64,000 nt of DNA, taken from IMG/VR virus record IMGVR_UViG_3300028048_000080, positions 32,001 to 96,000 of that record, one strand, 5' to 3'. Origin of the DNA: a virus. Taxonomy: Duplodnaviria > Caudoviricetes. Both the position numbers and the translations under genes were made by a program. This document shows, piece by piece, positions 43,370 to 54,063 of this stretch. How positions within the stretch are numbered: position 1 is the first letter of the stretch; the number at the start of each line of letters is the position of its first letter. The notes beneath the pieces are model-generated. The model saw nothing but the letters and a program-made list of their open reading frames with translations. It did no database searches and was not told the DNA's origin.

Positions 43370-44677
43370 TTATTTACGTGCGGACATAATGTCGCCAAAA
43401 ATGTTTTTCAGTCCGGCTTTGAGATCGATCTGTTCAGTCTGTGCCGACTCTTTGAGCTCGGGAGCCTTAAGAGACGGATCTTGTACACTGCCTGCTGCCG
43501 CCGGATCAATAGCTGCTTTCGGCTCTTCTTTTTTGCTTGCCGCGCTTTTCTTGGACAGGGATTCTTTCATATCCAAGATAGAATATTTGAGCGCTTCCAC
43601 CGGACGTTCTTTGATGGAGTCTACGTTTTCAACTTTGTCGCCCATCGCTTCGCGAAGAGTTACGTAAGTTTCCGTCATAGATTCCTTAAGAGCCGCCTTA
43701 GTGTCAGCAATTTCTTTTTCCATGCTTTCTTTCAGCTCAGCAGCTTCTTTTGCCGCCGTTTCCAAAGCGCTTTTCTGCTCGGTAAGTTCGGTAACCTGCG
43801 CCGTCAGTTTTTCAACCGATTCGGTCAGTTCCACGACTTTGCTTTCAGAAGCCGTCTTTGCCTCGGTCAGTTCAGTGACTTTCGTCTCCAACTCAGAAAC
43901 TTTAGCAGTTGCTTCTTCCAGCTTGGCCTTCATTTCTTCTGGCATGTGCTGTTCTCCTTTATTTTGCAAGTTTTTATCGAGGCTTTCCTTTAACTGAGGC
44001 TGATTGCTCGATTTCTTGTCCTGCGCAGGATAGTAGTCAGTGTTCTTGGCATACATATCGCTGGGGACATCAACATAGGATAACTCTTTGGCTTCCATTG
44101 CGTGAACATCCCAGTAACAAATTTCGGAAGTGCCATCATCTTTCTGGCACGTCGAACCGCGTTCATGGCCATTGGGACATCCTTCTTCAACGTCCGTAAT
44201 GGGTTCACCACAAATGGAACAACGAACATCATGGGCAATAACGCCTACGGAAGTGGTGGAGAGAAGCCCGTTTTTTACTCCTTCGATTGCCGCCTGGTCA
44301 GGAACGTTGACGGTAAACTTAAGAGCCGGCGTACCAGAGCGCGTATCACGGGTTACATATTCCGCCGCGATAATACGACCGATGGGCTCTCCATTTTCTT
44401 CGTTATGATGTTTAAGAAGTGGTCTGCGATATGGGTTGGTCCATGAAGGCACGGAGGCTTTCAAAGCTTTCGCCGTATATCGCGTAAAGTTTCTAGTGGC
44501 AAACGGAACTGCGTGAAGTCCTTCGATTTCAACCATCAGGCTGTTCGGATCCAACGCATCCACATTGCTTTTAGGGGCTTTGGCGCCTTCAGTCAGACTG
44601 ACCGGCGCATGATAATCGCTTACCCGCTTAGCAAAGCTTTTGCCGTTTTCCACAAACTCTCTAATCATGATTGCCAT
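43370..44677 (-). CDS. Prohead protease fused to coiled-coil scaffold
   Basis: TRNFTRY..PLLKHHN..PIGRI..SVG..CSICG..ELSYVDVPSD; C-terminal KVTELTE heptads. Confidence 0.8.
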   Translation of the reverse strand: MAIMIREFVENGKSFAKRVSDYHAPVSLTEGAKAPKSNVDALDPNSLMVEIEGLHAVPFATRNFTRYTAKALKASVPSWTNPYRRPLLKHHNEENGEPIGRIIAAEYVTRDTRSGTPALKFTVNVPDQAAIEGVKNGLLSTTSVGVIAHDVRCSICGEPITDVEEGCPNGHERGSTCQKDDGTSEICYWDVHAMEAKELSYVDVPSDMYAKNTDYYPAQDKKSSNQPQLKESLDKNLQNKGEQHMPEEMKAKLEEATAKVSELETKVTELTEAKTASESKVVELTESVEKLTAQVTELTEQKSALETAAKEAAELKESMEKEIADTKAALKESMTETYVTLREAMGDKVENVDSIKERPVEALKYSILDMKESLSKKSAASKKEEPKAAIDPAAAGSVQDPSLKAPELKESAQTEQIDLKAGLKNIFGDIMSARK

Positions 44678-44682
44678 TTTTT

Positions 44683-46803
44683 TTACTTCACCTGCCTTTT
44701 AGTTCCCAGTGTGCATCTACAATATGGATGAAACGCCGGGATGTCATCCAGGCTGAAGTTTTTGGTGTGGATTACTTTATTATGCTCTTTTTTGTCGTCG
44801 GAGCTATTAAAGTCCACGTAAACCTGTTTGATTCCTAGTGCGGCGCATGTTTTAACATACGCATACCACTGGGCTTTGGCCGCTACTTGGTCGGCCAGGA
44901 ATCGGAGCCTGTACTCGGAAGAATTAAAAGCCGCTTCTTTCTCTTCCTTGTTTTTAGCCCCTTTGAGCTTCGTTTGAATATCTTTAAACATATCGTTTAA
45001 ATGCTTATCGATACGAGACTCAATGACGGACGACCCGATATTTGGCTGCGTTTCCGGTATTTCGCCAACATCCTTAATCGCTTGAGCGTAGCCCGTAAGA
45101 GCTTCTTTCTTTACGTAACGCTTAAGACTACCGGCAAGATCGTCACGGATCAGCGGAAGCACGATGTAGTCATTTTTCGCGCCGTCTTCACATAATTCAT
45201 TACGCACTGAATTATATTTTTTGTAAACTGCGCCGAATTTTTTCCTGTAGTCTTCGATATTAGCGTCCGTTATTTTCTGCCGTTCCTTAACGGTACTTTC
45301 TTTTAAATCGATTTGAGCGTTCTCTTTTATATGCGCAGAACTCGTTCCATGCTGGTTTTTGGGGGCCATGGTATTGGAAGCGGAGCCATTTGGCTTGGCC
45401 GATTTTGCCGGGCCACTGTTGCCGTTGCCGGATGCGCCCGTAGTAGCAGCTTTAGCCTGAGTAAGTGCAAGTTCAGCCGGCGTAACAATCATATTCTGGT
45501 ACAGGCGGGATTCATCCACCGTATCGCTGCGAAGGCCCATTCGTGTACGGTATTCGTCATAGGTAATACCGTTACCCTGCAGAATATTAAGAGCGTGGGT
45601 TTCCATCTTAACTTTGGTATCCAGATTGATTTCTTCGAACTTGAAATGTACCTGGTCCTGTACATTGGTAATAGGATCATAACCACCTTCCAAGAGAAGT
45701 TCTAAGATAACAAAATTCTCCATGAAAGTGCTTATAGTCCGCTGATAAAACTTGACGGCATCATGCGTCTGTTCTTCCATAGAGTCGGCATCCTGCTTTG
45801 CGCCGCCACGACCGCACTGAGCTGGAGACAAGGATAACGCGGAGAATACGCGCGCCTCGTGATATTTTAGATAGGGTACTAAATCGATAGCATGACCATC
45901 AGCGCCGATTATATTGAATTCTGTGCGTTCATTGGTAATCAGGATGCCATCATCGGCCAGACGTTCTACTTCTTTTTGGGCGTCTTTAATTTCCTGATTG
46001 GTAGCCATCATGCCGGCCTGTGGAATGCCGACCTTCATCTGATAGAGGGGAGCGGCGTAGCGATAACCCAATTTTAAGGCGAGGCCTTCCAGCTTGCGGA
46101 GAATCTTGACGTCTTCCAAGGCCGCCTCGATACGAGGCGTGCCGAACGCGGCGCCGCCTTTCTTGTCGATATAAAAGTGGATTACGTCTTCTGGCTTGTA
46201 AGCCTTCTTATCGTTGCCAACCTGCTGCTGATAATTTTTAATCGTACCGTTCTTATCACGCTTAATCTGAATAGTGGTGGGGTCTACCCGGAAATAGCCG
46301 GCTACGGGTTTCTGAGATAAAGCACCTTTTGCCTGCACGGACGATACTTTCACTTTGTCGTCGCGGCTAATAAGCAGGAATGCATTGGAGTAGGCGACCA
46401 AATCATCGGCGATTCCTTGTAAGAGAATGTCCATAGGGGTGCGGGTAGTAAAGCTCATCAGGTTGAAGCGTTGCTGGATATATTCCGCCGCCGCGTCATT
46501 ATCGGATACGATGTGATAACCGGCTTTAAATATAAGCTGGGAATATTTAGATACGGCGAGCTTTACGTAAGAATCGGCGCCGATAGCGTCACGGATTTCG
46601 CCCAAGTCAGATTCAGGGGGAGCGAAATCGTTATTGCCGCCGGTATCAATGTTACCAACGGCTTTTACGACGAAGTTCTTAACGTTTTGCGGCGAAATAT
46701 TTAAGCTTCCGCCCGCTTCATTTATATTGACGGGAGCCTTGGGGGTAGTTTTAGCTACGCCGAGGTTTTCTAAGTACCCCCGTATCTTCGCGATAGGATT
46801 CAT
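44683..46803 (-). CDS. Portal protein with C-terminal MuF/gp7-like extension
   Basis: DLVAYSNAFL..VDPTTIQIKRD..EDVIHF..FGTPRI..YDEYRTRMGL portal motifs; ends IPAFHPYCRC. Confidence 0.85.
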   Translation of the reverse strand: MNPIAKIRGYLENLGVAKTTPKAPVNINEAGGSLNISPQNVKNFVVKAVGNIDTGGNNDFAPPESDLGEIRDAIGADSYVKLAVSKYSQLIFKAGYHIVSDNDAAAEYIQQRFNLMSFTTRTPMDILLQGIADDLVAYSNAFLLISRDDKVKVSSVQAKGALSQKPVAGYFRVDPTTIQIKRDKNGTIKNYQQQVGNDKKAYKPEDVIHFYIDKKGGAAFGTPRIEAALEDVKILRKLEGLALKLGYRYAAPLYQMKVGIPQAGMMATNQEIKDAQKEVERLADDGILITNERTEFNIIGADGHAIDLVPYLKYHEARVFSALSLSPAQCGRGGAKQDADSMEEQTHDAVKFYQRTISTFMENFVILELLLEGGYDPITNVQDQVHFKFEEINLDTKVKMETHALNILQGNGITYDEYRTRMGLRSDTVDESRLYQNMIVTPAELALTQAKAATTGASGNGNSGPAKSAKPNGSASNTMAPKNQHGTSSAHIKENAQIDLKESTVKERQKITDANIEDYRKKFGAVYKKYNSVRNELCEDGAKNDYIVLPLIRDDLAGSLKRYVKKEALTGYAQAIKDVGEIPETQPNIGSSVIESRIDKHLNDMFKDIQTKLKGAKNKEEKEAAFNSSEYRLRFLADQVAAKAQWYAYVKTCAALGIKQVYVDFNSSDDKKEHNKVIHTKNFSLDDIPAFHPYCRCTLGTKRQVK

Positions 46804-46817
46804 ATATATTCTCTCCT

Positions 46818-49097
46818 TTAAGAGCTGAGTTCAGCCAGCTCTTTCATCAGTTTGCTACGGTTACGACTGGCTTTGACCAATTCGTTATGACGCAACGTGG
46901 AATGTCCGGTTTCTTTTCTCTCTTTTTTGATATCAGCCAACTGCGCATCCAGCTCGGCGATATCTTGCTTAATCTGTGCTACGCGCTTTTTGCGCTGAAT
47001 CAGTTTGTCATCATTTTCATAGTCTATGCGATTGTATTCCGGATATTTTTTCTGGGCATCTTTTTCATGGGCGTCTTTCTTTTGGGATTCAACTTTTTTA
47101 CTGCTGTTTTGTTGAACTATGACTTTTGAAAGCGCGTTAGTGACGCCCTTTTCAAGATCTTTGCTGATATTCCCGATAGCTTTTTGCGCCACATCATTTA
47201 TAGTTTTATCTACAGACTTAGTGTCGATAATTTTACCCAGTATGTTGTTACCGGCAATGGCACCGGTAAGTTTACCAATAGGATTCTTGAGAGCGGACGA
47301 AGCCAGTTCACTCCAAAGACCTGCGGTAGAGGTAGAGCCGGAAATGATGCTGTTGGCAGTAGTGGACTTTTTGTCCTCCTGTGCTTTTTTAGCTTCTTCC
47401 TTCTTAGTCTCTTCCTTCTTGGAGTCTTCTGCCTTGGCTTCTTCTTTCTTGCCTAAGCGATCTTTGTACTGAGGTAACTTGGCCAATTCAGCATCGGCGG
47501 CAGCTTTATCATAGCCTTGATCCATAAGATATTTAATGTCATTTTCATACTGCTCATCAGAAGCCTGCTCAGTTTTGTCGCTATCAGTAGATTCGTCATC
47601 TTTTTTGTCCGCATCTTTTTTGTCCGCATCTTTTTTGTCGTCTTTGTTTTCACTTGCGTCTTTATCGAAGCCGGAACCTTTTCCGTCGCCGAGCTGTCCG
47701 GCGTCGGTAGCCAATTTAGCAAATTCAGCTTCAGACTGATCAAACGCATAAATATCGACGTTATTCTTTAAGAGCTCTGCCTTGGCCTGAGCTTCTTTGG
47801 TGGTCAAATCAAGTATGTCATTAGTAATCATTACCGAGGAGTTCAAGTATTTGTACATATCGTATAAGCTGGCTTCATACGCATTGTCGTACGTTGCACG
47901 CGATTCTCTAAGCAATGAATTGCTGTGCGACTCAGTAAAATTAGTGGAATCCTTGTATTCCTCGGAGTAATAGCGTTTTCGTTGCTCATTGGCCGCGTGC
48001 CATGAACGCATATGCATAAGAGTTTTGTCCGTAGAGTGCGTCTTATGAAACATACGAGAAATCTGATTACGTTGCACCTGAGAACGTACGATATAATCTC
48101 TTAAATGTTCTAGGCCTTTATTAGCGGGCACTTGAACGTAATCGCCGTCAAAGTCTTTCGTCAGATCATCAATAGAACTCACGCCGCAGTCAGCCATGAT
48201 GGCCATCATCTGCTGAAAATATTTCTGCATTATGGTTTGAAGTTTCTGCACGTAGTATTTATCCAATTCAATCTGATCTTTAGCGTAGCTATCCTGAATA
48301 AGCTGTACCAGAGTTTTAGGTTGTTCGACTTTAAGCACTATATTGCTCATTTGAGGAAATAGCTGAGGCAACTGATCTAAATCAGGGTTATCGTTAATAG
48401 CCGTATCGTAAAAATTGATAATATCGGGAAGTGTTCCGGGTGTATATCCAGACTGCCATCCATCTTCGATGTTTGGGACATGAGATTGTACGTGCCGTTC
48501 GATGATCCCTGGTTTTTCCACTATGGGCTCTTCCGACGGTCCGTATTCGCGCTCTCTAGGCTCCCAGGGGTAATGCCGAGTTGGGCCTTGGGTTCCTTTA
48601 GTGGTAGAGCCAGGGGTGTAGGTATGTGGTTTTGGCCCTCCGCCTTTATTCGTTCCAGGAGTATAGGTTCCGGGAGTATGGGATCCAGGCTCGTACGTTC
48701 CTCCATGAACATACGGGCCTTCGGTATACGTACCCGGCTGATAGGGGGTGGGCGGATTCCCACTTTCTTCAGGAGGAGTTGTCTCTGGAGAGGTGGGGTC
48801 CGTAGGCGGCTCATAGGTAGAAGGTACATACACCCCCGGAGGAAAAGCTATAATTACCCGCTGTTTTATTTTCTTAATGCTTTCCTTCATATGCTGAACA
48901 TCTTCGGGAAGCAGGTGGTATATTTCTTCTATCTCCTTTAGATCATCTACGATTTGAGTCGGAGAATCGTCTAACGGTTCCTCAAGTGGCTCAGGGGGCA
49001 CGAGAGGGAAGTATGTTATTTCGCCGTCGGAAAGATATTCTCTTTCTGGACGTAGCTTGGGACGATATAAAAGTTTGTCTTTATCTAAATCGTTCAT
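46818..49097 (-). CDS. Hypothetical 759-aa protein with YxPG and KKDAD repeats
   Basis: Long ORF between TerL and portal; repeats visible in translation. Confidence 0.65.
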   Translation of the reverse strand: MNDLDKDKLLYRPKLRPEREYLSDGEITYFPLVPPEPLEEPLDDSPTQIVDDLKEIEEIYHLLPEDVQHMKESIKKIKQRVIIAFPPGVYVPSTYEPPTDPTSPETTPPEESGNPPTPYQPGTYTEGPYVHGGTYEPGSHTPGTYTPGTNKGGGPKPHTYTPGSTTKGTQGPTRHYPWEPREREYGPSEEPIVEKPGIIERHVQSHVPNIEDGWQSGYTPGTLPDIINFYDTAINDNPDLDQLPQLFPQMSNIVLKVEQPKTLVQLIQDSYAKDQIELDKYYVQKLQTIMQKYFQQMMAIMADCGVSSIDDLTKDFDGDYVQVPANKGLEHLRDYIVRSQVQRNQISRMFHKTHSTDKTLMHMRSWHAANEQRKRYYSEEYKDSTNFTESHSNSLLRESRATYDNAYEASLYDMYKYLNSSVMITNDILDLTTKEAQAKAELLKNNVDIYAFDQSEAEFAKLATDAGQLGDGKGSGFDKDASENKDDKKDADKKDADKKDDESTDSDKTEQASDEQYENDIKYLMDQGYDKAAADAELAKLPQYKDRLGKKEEAKAEDSKKEETKKEEAKKAQEDKKSTTANSIISGSTSTAGLWSELASSALKNPIGKLTGAIAGNNILGKIIDTKSVDKTINDVAQKAIGNISKDLEKGVTNALSKVIVQQNSSKKVESQKKDAHEKDAQKKYPEYNRIDYENDDKLIQRKKRVAQIKQDIAELDAQLADIKKERKETGHSTLRHNELVKASRNRSKLMKELAELSS

Positions 49098-49117
49098 TAA
49101 TTTCTCCTGTAATAATC

Positions 49118-49144
49118 AAAAATGCCGGCACAGAGCCGGCATTT
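49118..49144 (-). terminator. Probable terminator after terL
   Basis: AAATGCCGGC-acaga-GCCGGCATTT inverted repeat with T-run. Confidence 0.6.
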
Positions 49145-49198
49145 AAACGGGAAAGGGGATATATAATAACGGGTGGAGAGAAATGAAGCATCCCGTTA

Positions 49199-50965
49199 CT
49201 ACCACATAGAGCGGCCCGAAAAACCTCCGGAACGTTTGCCCCAGAAATTATTAGAGCCTGATTTCCGTGAACTGCTGCCCATAGGAACTTTCACCCATTG
49301 CTGATAGTCGCCGGGGCGTTCGCCCGGACCTTTACCTATTTGGGTCGGCGCCGGCCGTTTTTTCCACGGATTTATAGGATTGGATATGTCGCGGAGAACG
49401 GCATTTTCGCGGCGCGTAATAGCATCGCCATGCAATTGCTTGATTTCGGTGCTAAACTGTACCGTCTTAATAGCTGCCGTTATATCCGGGAATTTTAATA
49501 CGAATGCCAAGTGAGCAAGCCCTAACGCATCGACAAAATGCTCGTTTTTACTGGTGTATACGGGCATACCGTTGGCCGAGATATGATCTACCTCGTAATC
49601 AATAAGCTGTTTGTGTAAGGTTTCGTCGAACGGAGACAATATGAGTCGGTCACGTTCGATATCCAGCTTTAACTGATTGACCATGAATTGTTTGAGCGGT
49701 TCTTTTCGCATCTCTTTGGTGACCGGATCCATGATATCCAAGGATTCTTTGAACTGATAGCCAACTACTTTATTGCGCAAATTGGTTTCAGGGTGCTCAT
49801 CACCATAAATATGCAAACGCTCAATCTGATAGTCACCGTATCCACGGTCGCAGAAGATCCATGCCGGATTGTAAATCTTATTTAATCTAATAACCCAGTT
49901 AACGGCGTTATCCAGGGTGTACTCGCCGCGCGGAACTTCTACTCTTTTCATTACCTTGAAACATCTTGTTTTCATATCGAAATCTAAGACTAGTAAAGAA
50001 GACCCGGCTGCATAAGCGTCCCAGTCAATCCCGATTGCGCGGAAGGGGTTATATGGAGCAGGATTGCTTTCATCATAGATAAGGCGTTCTGGATGCCTTC
50101 CCGATTCTTCTAATCGACGCTGTTCGGTAGGAGTTAACTCGTTGTAGAGATAATACTCGCGCTTCATGGCGGCATCTAATTTATCCTTATCGAATACACC
50201 CGCTTCTTCAGTGCCGAATTCAGCCAGGATTTCATGCTCATACTGGATTTCAGTAAGCTCGGCGCGGAACTGGTCTTCCATCTCCTGGCACCAGTTCGGG
50301 TTATGCATGGACGGATGATAATGTTCGTGGTAGCCGAAGGACTCATCCATGCACATGCGGTAGAACGTACCGCGTTTACCGGTTGGGGTAGAAGAAGCCG
50401 TAATGCCGATTTCCACACGTTCGCCGGCAATAGCTGCTACGGTGGAGTAGTCAAGCTCGCCCATGTAGTCAATTTCGTCCATATAGATCCAGTCTGCTTT
50501 CTGTCCGCGGACTGAAGCTGCGCCAGAACCTGATGAAGCGCCCGTAGTAAAGCCCATTATAACGGAGCCATTAGAGAACTCGACGGTATAAGGAGAGTTT
50601 TTCATTTTAGTAATTTGAGCTTTTAAAAGCGGGCTGTCTGCTATAATCTCTCTTATACGCATAAAAATCAAGTTAACCTGTGTTTCGTAAGGGGTGACGT
50701 AAAGAATACGGAAATTTTTATTTGTGGAAGCCTTATGAAGACCGCCGACAACCATTGATTCGGTTTTGCCGCAGCGTCTTCCTAGACGGTAAACTACTCG
50801 TGTACCGTTATCTCTTAGCATTTCTTCCTGATAATCTCGAGCGGACCATGGTTCGAGCTTCTTAGTCTTAGGATTATTAATCCGAAGAAAAGCCCTGGCC
50901 CATAATACGGGATCTGCCATTATCTTTTGTAGTTTAGCTTGTTCTATGGGAGATAATTTTGCCAT
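49199..50965 (-). CDS. terL: Terminase large subunit
   Basis: RDYQ Q-motif, GRRCGKT Walker A, WIYMDE Walker B, SSTPTG, GIDW and HFVDA nuclease motifs. Confidence 0.95.
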   Translation of the reverse strand: MAKLSPIEQAKLQKIMADPVLWARAFLRINNPKTKKLEPWSARDYQEEMLRDNGTRVVYRLGRRCGKTESMVVGGLHKASTNKNFRILYVTPYETQVNLIFMRIREIIADSPLLKAQITKMKNSPYTVEFSNGSVIMGFTTGASSGSGAASVRGQKADWIYMDEIDYMGELDYSTVAAIAGERVEIGITASSTPTGKRGTFYRMCMDESFGYHEHYHPSMHNPNWCQEMEDQFRAELTEIQYEHEILAEFGTEEAGVFDKDKLDAAMKREYYLYNELTPTEQRRLEESGRHPERLIYDESNPAPYNPFRAIGIDWDAYAAGSSLLVLDFDMKTRCFKVMKRVEVPRGEYTLDNAVNWVIRLNKIYNPAWIFCDRGYGDYQIERLHIYGDEHPETNLRNKVVGYQFKESLDIMDPVTKEMRKEPLKQFMVNQLKLDIERDRLILSPFDETLHKQLIDYEVDHISANGMPVYTSKNEHFVDALGLAHLAFVLKFPDITAAIKTVQFSTEIKQLHGDAITRRENAVLRDISNPINPWKKRPAPTQIGKGPGERPGDYQQWVKVPMGSSSRKSGSNNFWGKRSGGFSGRSMW

Positions 50966-50970
50966 ATTAA

Positions 50971-52506
50971 TTAAATTTGTGAGCTGTATAAATCACTGTT
51001 AGAACGTCTACCTCTTGAATCTGAAAGGGCTAATACGGATGCGCCGGCTACTCCGAGCATTGCTCCGCTTGCCGCCCGATTACCTAGCATATAATTAGCG
51101 ATGCCTGGGCCGTCAGCTATTCTCTTATCGAAGTGAGCGTTGATATTCTTCTCTAACTCTGCGCCGCTCATACCTTCCTTATAGTTAATACCGGTTTCTT
51201 CCATTAGCTTGGAGAAAGCTTCCTGATCTTTAGCCCCTTGCATTTTAGCCATTAAGTTTTGATAATCTTGTGCTACGCTCTTATGGAGATGCTTATTGGC
51301 GCCGGCTTCTATCCAGTTCATATTCTCGGTGTCGACGGCGCCGGTATATTTGCCGCCCGCAAACTTGTTAACCATTTCCGTAGTTTGCTGTTGAAACTCG
51401 GTAGGAGTATTGGAATATTTAGCCTTAAAACCTTCGATAGCTTCTTCAGCCTGGCCGACTTTGTTTGTTACAGAGGATTTAATTCCACCAACGGTTTCTG
51501 TTGCCTGATTGATTTTTTCCGCAGCAGTTGCTTTAAGGTTACTGATAGATGATTTGACGCTATTAAAGAATCCTTTGCCATCTTTACGAGAACCGGTTAC
51601 TTCGCCTTGTCCAGCCATACGGGCTTTTGCTTCGGCTGTTTCGGCTTCGCGAGAAGCTTGCGTACCGAGAGGGTTAGCGGCATCTACCTCGGACTGAACA
51701 GAACTTCCTGAAACAGAAGAATCGTTTTTGATTCTAAAATCATCTAGGTGCTTGCTTTGCTTGAACCGATAAACATCTTTAGGCGAATCAGGCGTGTTGT
51801 CAGGATTATACGCGCTCTGATGAGGTTCTTCTGGAGCTGGCTCGATTATTGGCTCAGGTTTTGGCTTTGGTTCCTCAGGAATTTCTACGGGTTGCTCTAC
51901 GACAGGCTCTTCTTTAGGCAATTCCCTTGGCTGTTCTACAGCGGGTTCTTCCTTAGGAATTTCCTTGGGAATTTCTGCTGGCTGTTCGACAGGAGGGGGA
52001 GCCGCAGGTTTTGGAGGTGCAGGTTTGGGAGCCGAAACGGAAGGGGCTTCTTCAGCCATTCTACTCCCTTGGCTATAAAGCGAAAAGCTACCTTTCTTGA
52101 CGATATTGCCATTAACGTCGATAGAAGCCGGTACGATACTGCGTATTTGGTCTGGACTGTATACGTGTCCACCTTTAAAGTCGGAATCAAAAAAATATCC
52201 CCCGCCTGCGTAATCATGCACATCGCCGATATACCCGCCTCTTAAGGTGCCATGGGGAATAATATCGTACCCGCCACTCTTATTTGGGAGCCCTAAAAAA
52301 CTTGCGTCACCAGTAATATTTTCACCCGTTATGGCCAGTTTTGGAGCCAATTCGGGATGGTTTATTCTTTGAGTGGAGTTAGTAGTCTGGAACGCAACCA
52401 CGCCATATTTTTTTTCTAGGTCTCTGGCTACTGCGGTTCGTTGCATTTTTGCCGCTTTGGACATTTCAGACAATATTGTTTCAAATATTTTAGATGTGCC
52501 TGCCAT
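50971..52506 (-). CDS. Hypothetical 511-aa protein, Pro/Glu-rich linker, hydrophobic C-terminal helix
   Basis: EIPKE repeats; AMLGVAGASVLAL near the C-terminus. Confidence 0.6.
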   Translation of the reverse strand: MAGTSKIFETILSEMSKAAKMQRTAVARDLEKKYGVVAFQTTNSTQRINHPELAPKLAITGENITGDASFLGLPNKSGGYDIIPHGTLRGGYIGDVHDYAGGGYFFDSDFKGGHVYSPDQIRSIVPASIDVNGNIVKKGSFSLYSQGSRMAEEAPSVSAPKPAPPKPAAPPPVEQPAEIPKEIPKEEPAVEQPRELPKEEPVVEQPVEIPEEPKPKPEPIIEPAPEEPHQSAYNPDNTPDSPKDVYRFKQSKHLDDFRIKNDSSVSGSSVQSEVDAANPLGTQASREAETAEAKARMAGQGEVTGSRKDGKGFFNSVKSSISNLKATAAEKINQATETVGGIKSSVTNKVGQAEEAIEGFKAKYSNTPTEFQQQTTEMVNKFAGGKYTGAVDTENMNWIEAGANKHLHKSVAQDYQNLMAKMQGAKDQEAFSKLMEETGINYKEGMSGAELEKNINAHFDKRIADGPGIANYMLGNRAASGAMLGVAGASVLALSDSRGRRSNSDLYSSQI

Positions 52507-52514
52507 TTAATCAC

Positions 52515-52952
52515 CTACTTCCTCATGTAACGGGCTTCGTTGCCCATCATCGCTTGTTGCATGTTATATCTACTTCTTTCGGCTATAGCCATACCTGCCT
52601 GACGCATAGTAAAAGCTTGCTGGGTGTCATCGAAGTGAGCGTTAACGAATGCTCTATTGGATGATGCCTTAGCCATATTACGCTGATAAGTACCTATAGC
52701 ATCTGAAGCAGTTACGGCGAGTTCAGGTAATTCCGTCGCCGCGAAATATGCCGCGTATGCCGGAGCACCTAACACGAAGGGGAGGGCGGCATCCACTACC
52801 GCGCCGGCCGCGGCGCCTAATTTGCTTCCGCCTTCTTCTCGGGCAGTTTGGTAAGAGTCAATACCCGCCCAAGCAGACACGCCTACGTTAAAAGCCGTCA
52901 TCTTATGATGTTTGGCGACATTGCCCAAGGCTTTACCTACCGCTCTTAACAT
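52515..52952 (-). CDS. Gly/Ala-rich hypothetical (candidate internal virion protein)
   Basis: RBS AGGTGA; hydrophobic central segment; TMRQAGM. Confidence 0.6.
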   Translation of the reverse strand: MLRAVGKALGNVAKHHKMTAFNVGVSAWAGIDSYQTAREEGGSKLGAAAGAVVDAALPFVLGAPAYAAYFAATELPELAVTASDAIGTYQRNMAKASSNRAFVNAHFDDTQQAFTMRQAGMAIAERSRYNMQQAMMGNEARYMRK

Positions 52953-52968
52953 TTATATGTTCACCTAC

Positions 52969-53565
52969 TTATCCAAATCTATTATTGTGAAGGGCAAAAA
53001 CCAAGTCTCCCGTCGCGCCGCAATTATTAGCGTAAGAGGGAGTTTTTGCCGGCTCATAGTTAGGAGTAGCCGTTACTACGTTGCTGTCTACGGGGCCGAC
53101 GCGGTTATCTTCATACTTCTGCGCGCCGCCTACTACGCCCGCAGCAAGAGCCGGCCCGAATAATGCCGCTTTGCCGAAAGTGCCTAACTTAAAGTGGGCA
53201 TCTGTATGTTTTAGCTGTCCCGTTAAAGGATTGTAAACATCTTTAGCTTTCTCCCAGTCGCCCATGCCTTTAACCATAGCTTTGCCCATATGAACGAACT
53301 GGCCTACGGCATTGCGGGCACCTTCTTCATTGCGCGCCGCGTAAGCATCTTTTACGACCGCGGCAGTGCCTTTAGCTACGCCTTCGGCCGCATAAGCCGT
53401 TCCTTTAAGAGCGGCTTTGCCACCGTAATAAGCTACGGTGCCTATACCGCCCGCCGTTGCTTTGCCGACTTGATAGGCACCTTTAGCCGCTGTGCCGACG
53501 ACCGCTTTGGTTCCTTCCCACGCGGCAATCCTCGCCGCCGTGCCAATAGCTCCTAGTAACCCCAT
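52969..53565 (-). CDS. Gly/Ala-rich hypothetical (candidate internal virion protein)
   Basis: 11-residue amphipathic repeats; ends GATGDLVFALHN. Confidence 0.6.
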   Translation of the reverse strand: MGLLGAIGTAARIAAWEGTKAVVGTAAKGAYQVGKATAGGIGTVAYYGGKAALKGTAYAAEGVAKGTAAVVKDAYAARNEEGARNAVGQFVHMGKAMVKGMGDWEKAKDVYNPLTGQLKHTDAHFKLGTFGKAALFGPALAAGVVGGAQKYEDNRVGPVDSNVVTATPNYEPAKTPSYANNCGATGDLVFALHNNRFG

Positions 53566-53577
53566 CTCTTATACCTC

Positions 53578-54063
53578 TTAGTCATCGTCGGAAAGTACGC
53601 CGTAAGCACCTAAGCCTAATCCGGCCGCGACGCCAGCTATGCGCCCCTCAGAGAGCATACCGGTTTCGCCTGAGTAAAACAGACTTGCGCCGCGGCTAAG
53701 ATAGTGGTTTTTGCTATTAAGAGCTTTGTTAAACCCGTTAGAAACAAAGTTTTGTGGTGCGACACCAGTCCTCTTGCTTATAATACCGGCTTTTCTGGCA
53801 TCTGCGTACTCGCCCGCGGCTTGGCTATAAGCCGAAACCCTACTGTCAGCCTGGCCCATAATTGCTTTTCTTTCTGCAGGAGTATATCCAGCTGTAATAG
53901 CTCTGTTTCCGTCCATTACGGTGTGCCCTTTAGCTATTTCGTCCACTGCTTTTGTGACACGATTATTTCTAATGGCTGTTGCCCGGCCGGATATACTTTC
54001 CGCGGCAGCGAGGGTTTTATTAATCAGCGTTTTGCCGCCATCTAATAGTCCCATATTTATCAC
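53578..54063 (-). CDS. Hypothetical protein with C-terminal hydrophobic helix
   Basis: IAGVAAGLGLGAYGVL; co-oriented in the operon. Confidence 0.55.
   Translation of the reverse strand: MINMGLLDGGKTLINKTLAAAESISGRATAIRNNRVTKAVDEIAKGHTVMDGNRAITAGYTPAERKAIMGQADSRVSAYSQAAGEYADARKAGIISKRTGVAPQNFVSNGFNKALNSKNHYLSRGASLFYSGETGMLSEGRIAGVAAGLGLGAYGVLSDDD

Noticed and set aside
40806-43993. 276-, 564- and 222-aa plus-strand ORFs
   Set aside because: Antisense shadows of the capsid, head and protease genes.
49199-50965. Intein or intron in terL
   Set aside because: Ordinary length with contiguous motifs; no intein signature seen.
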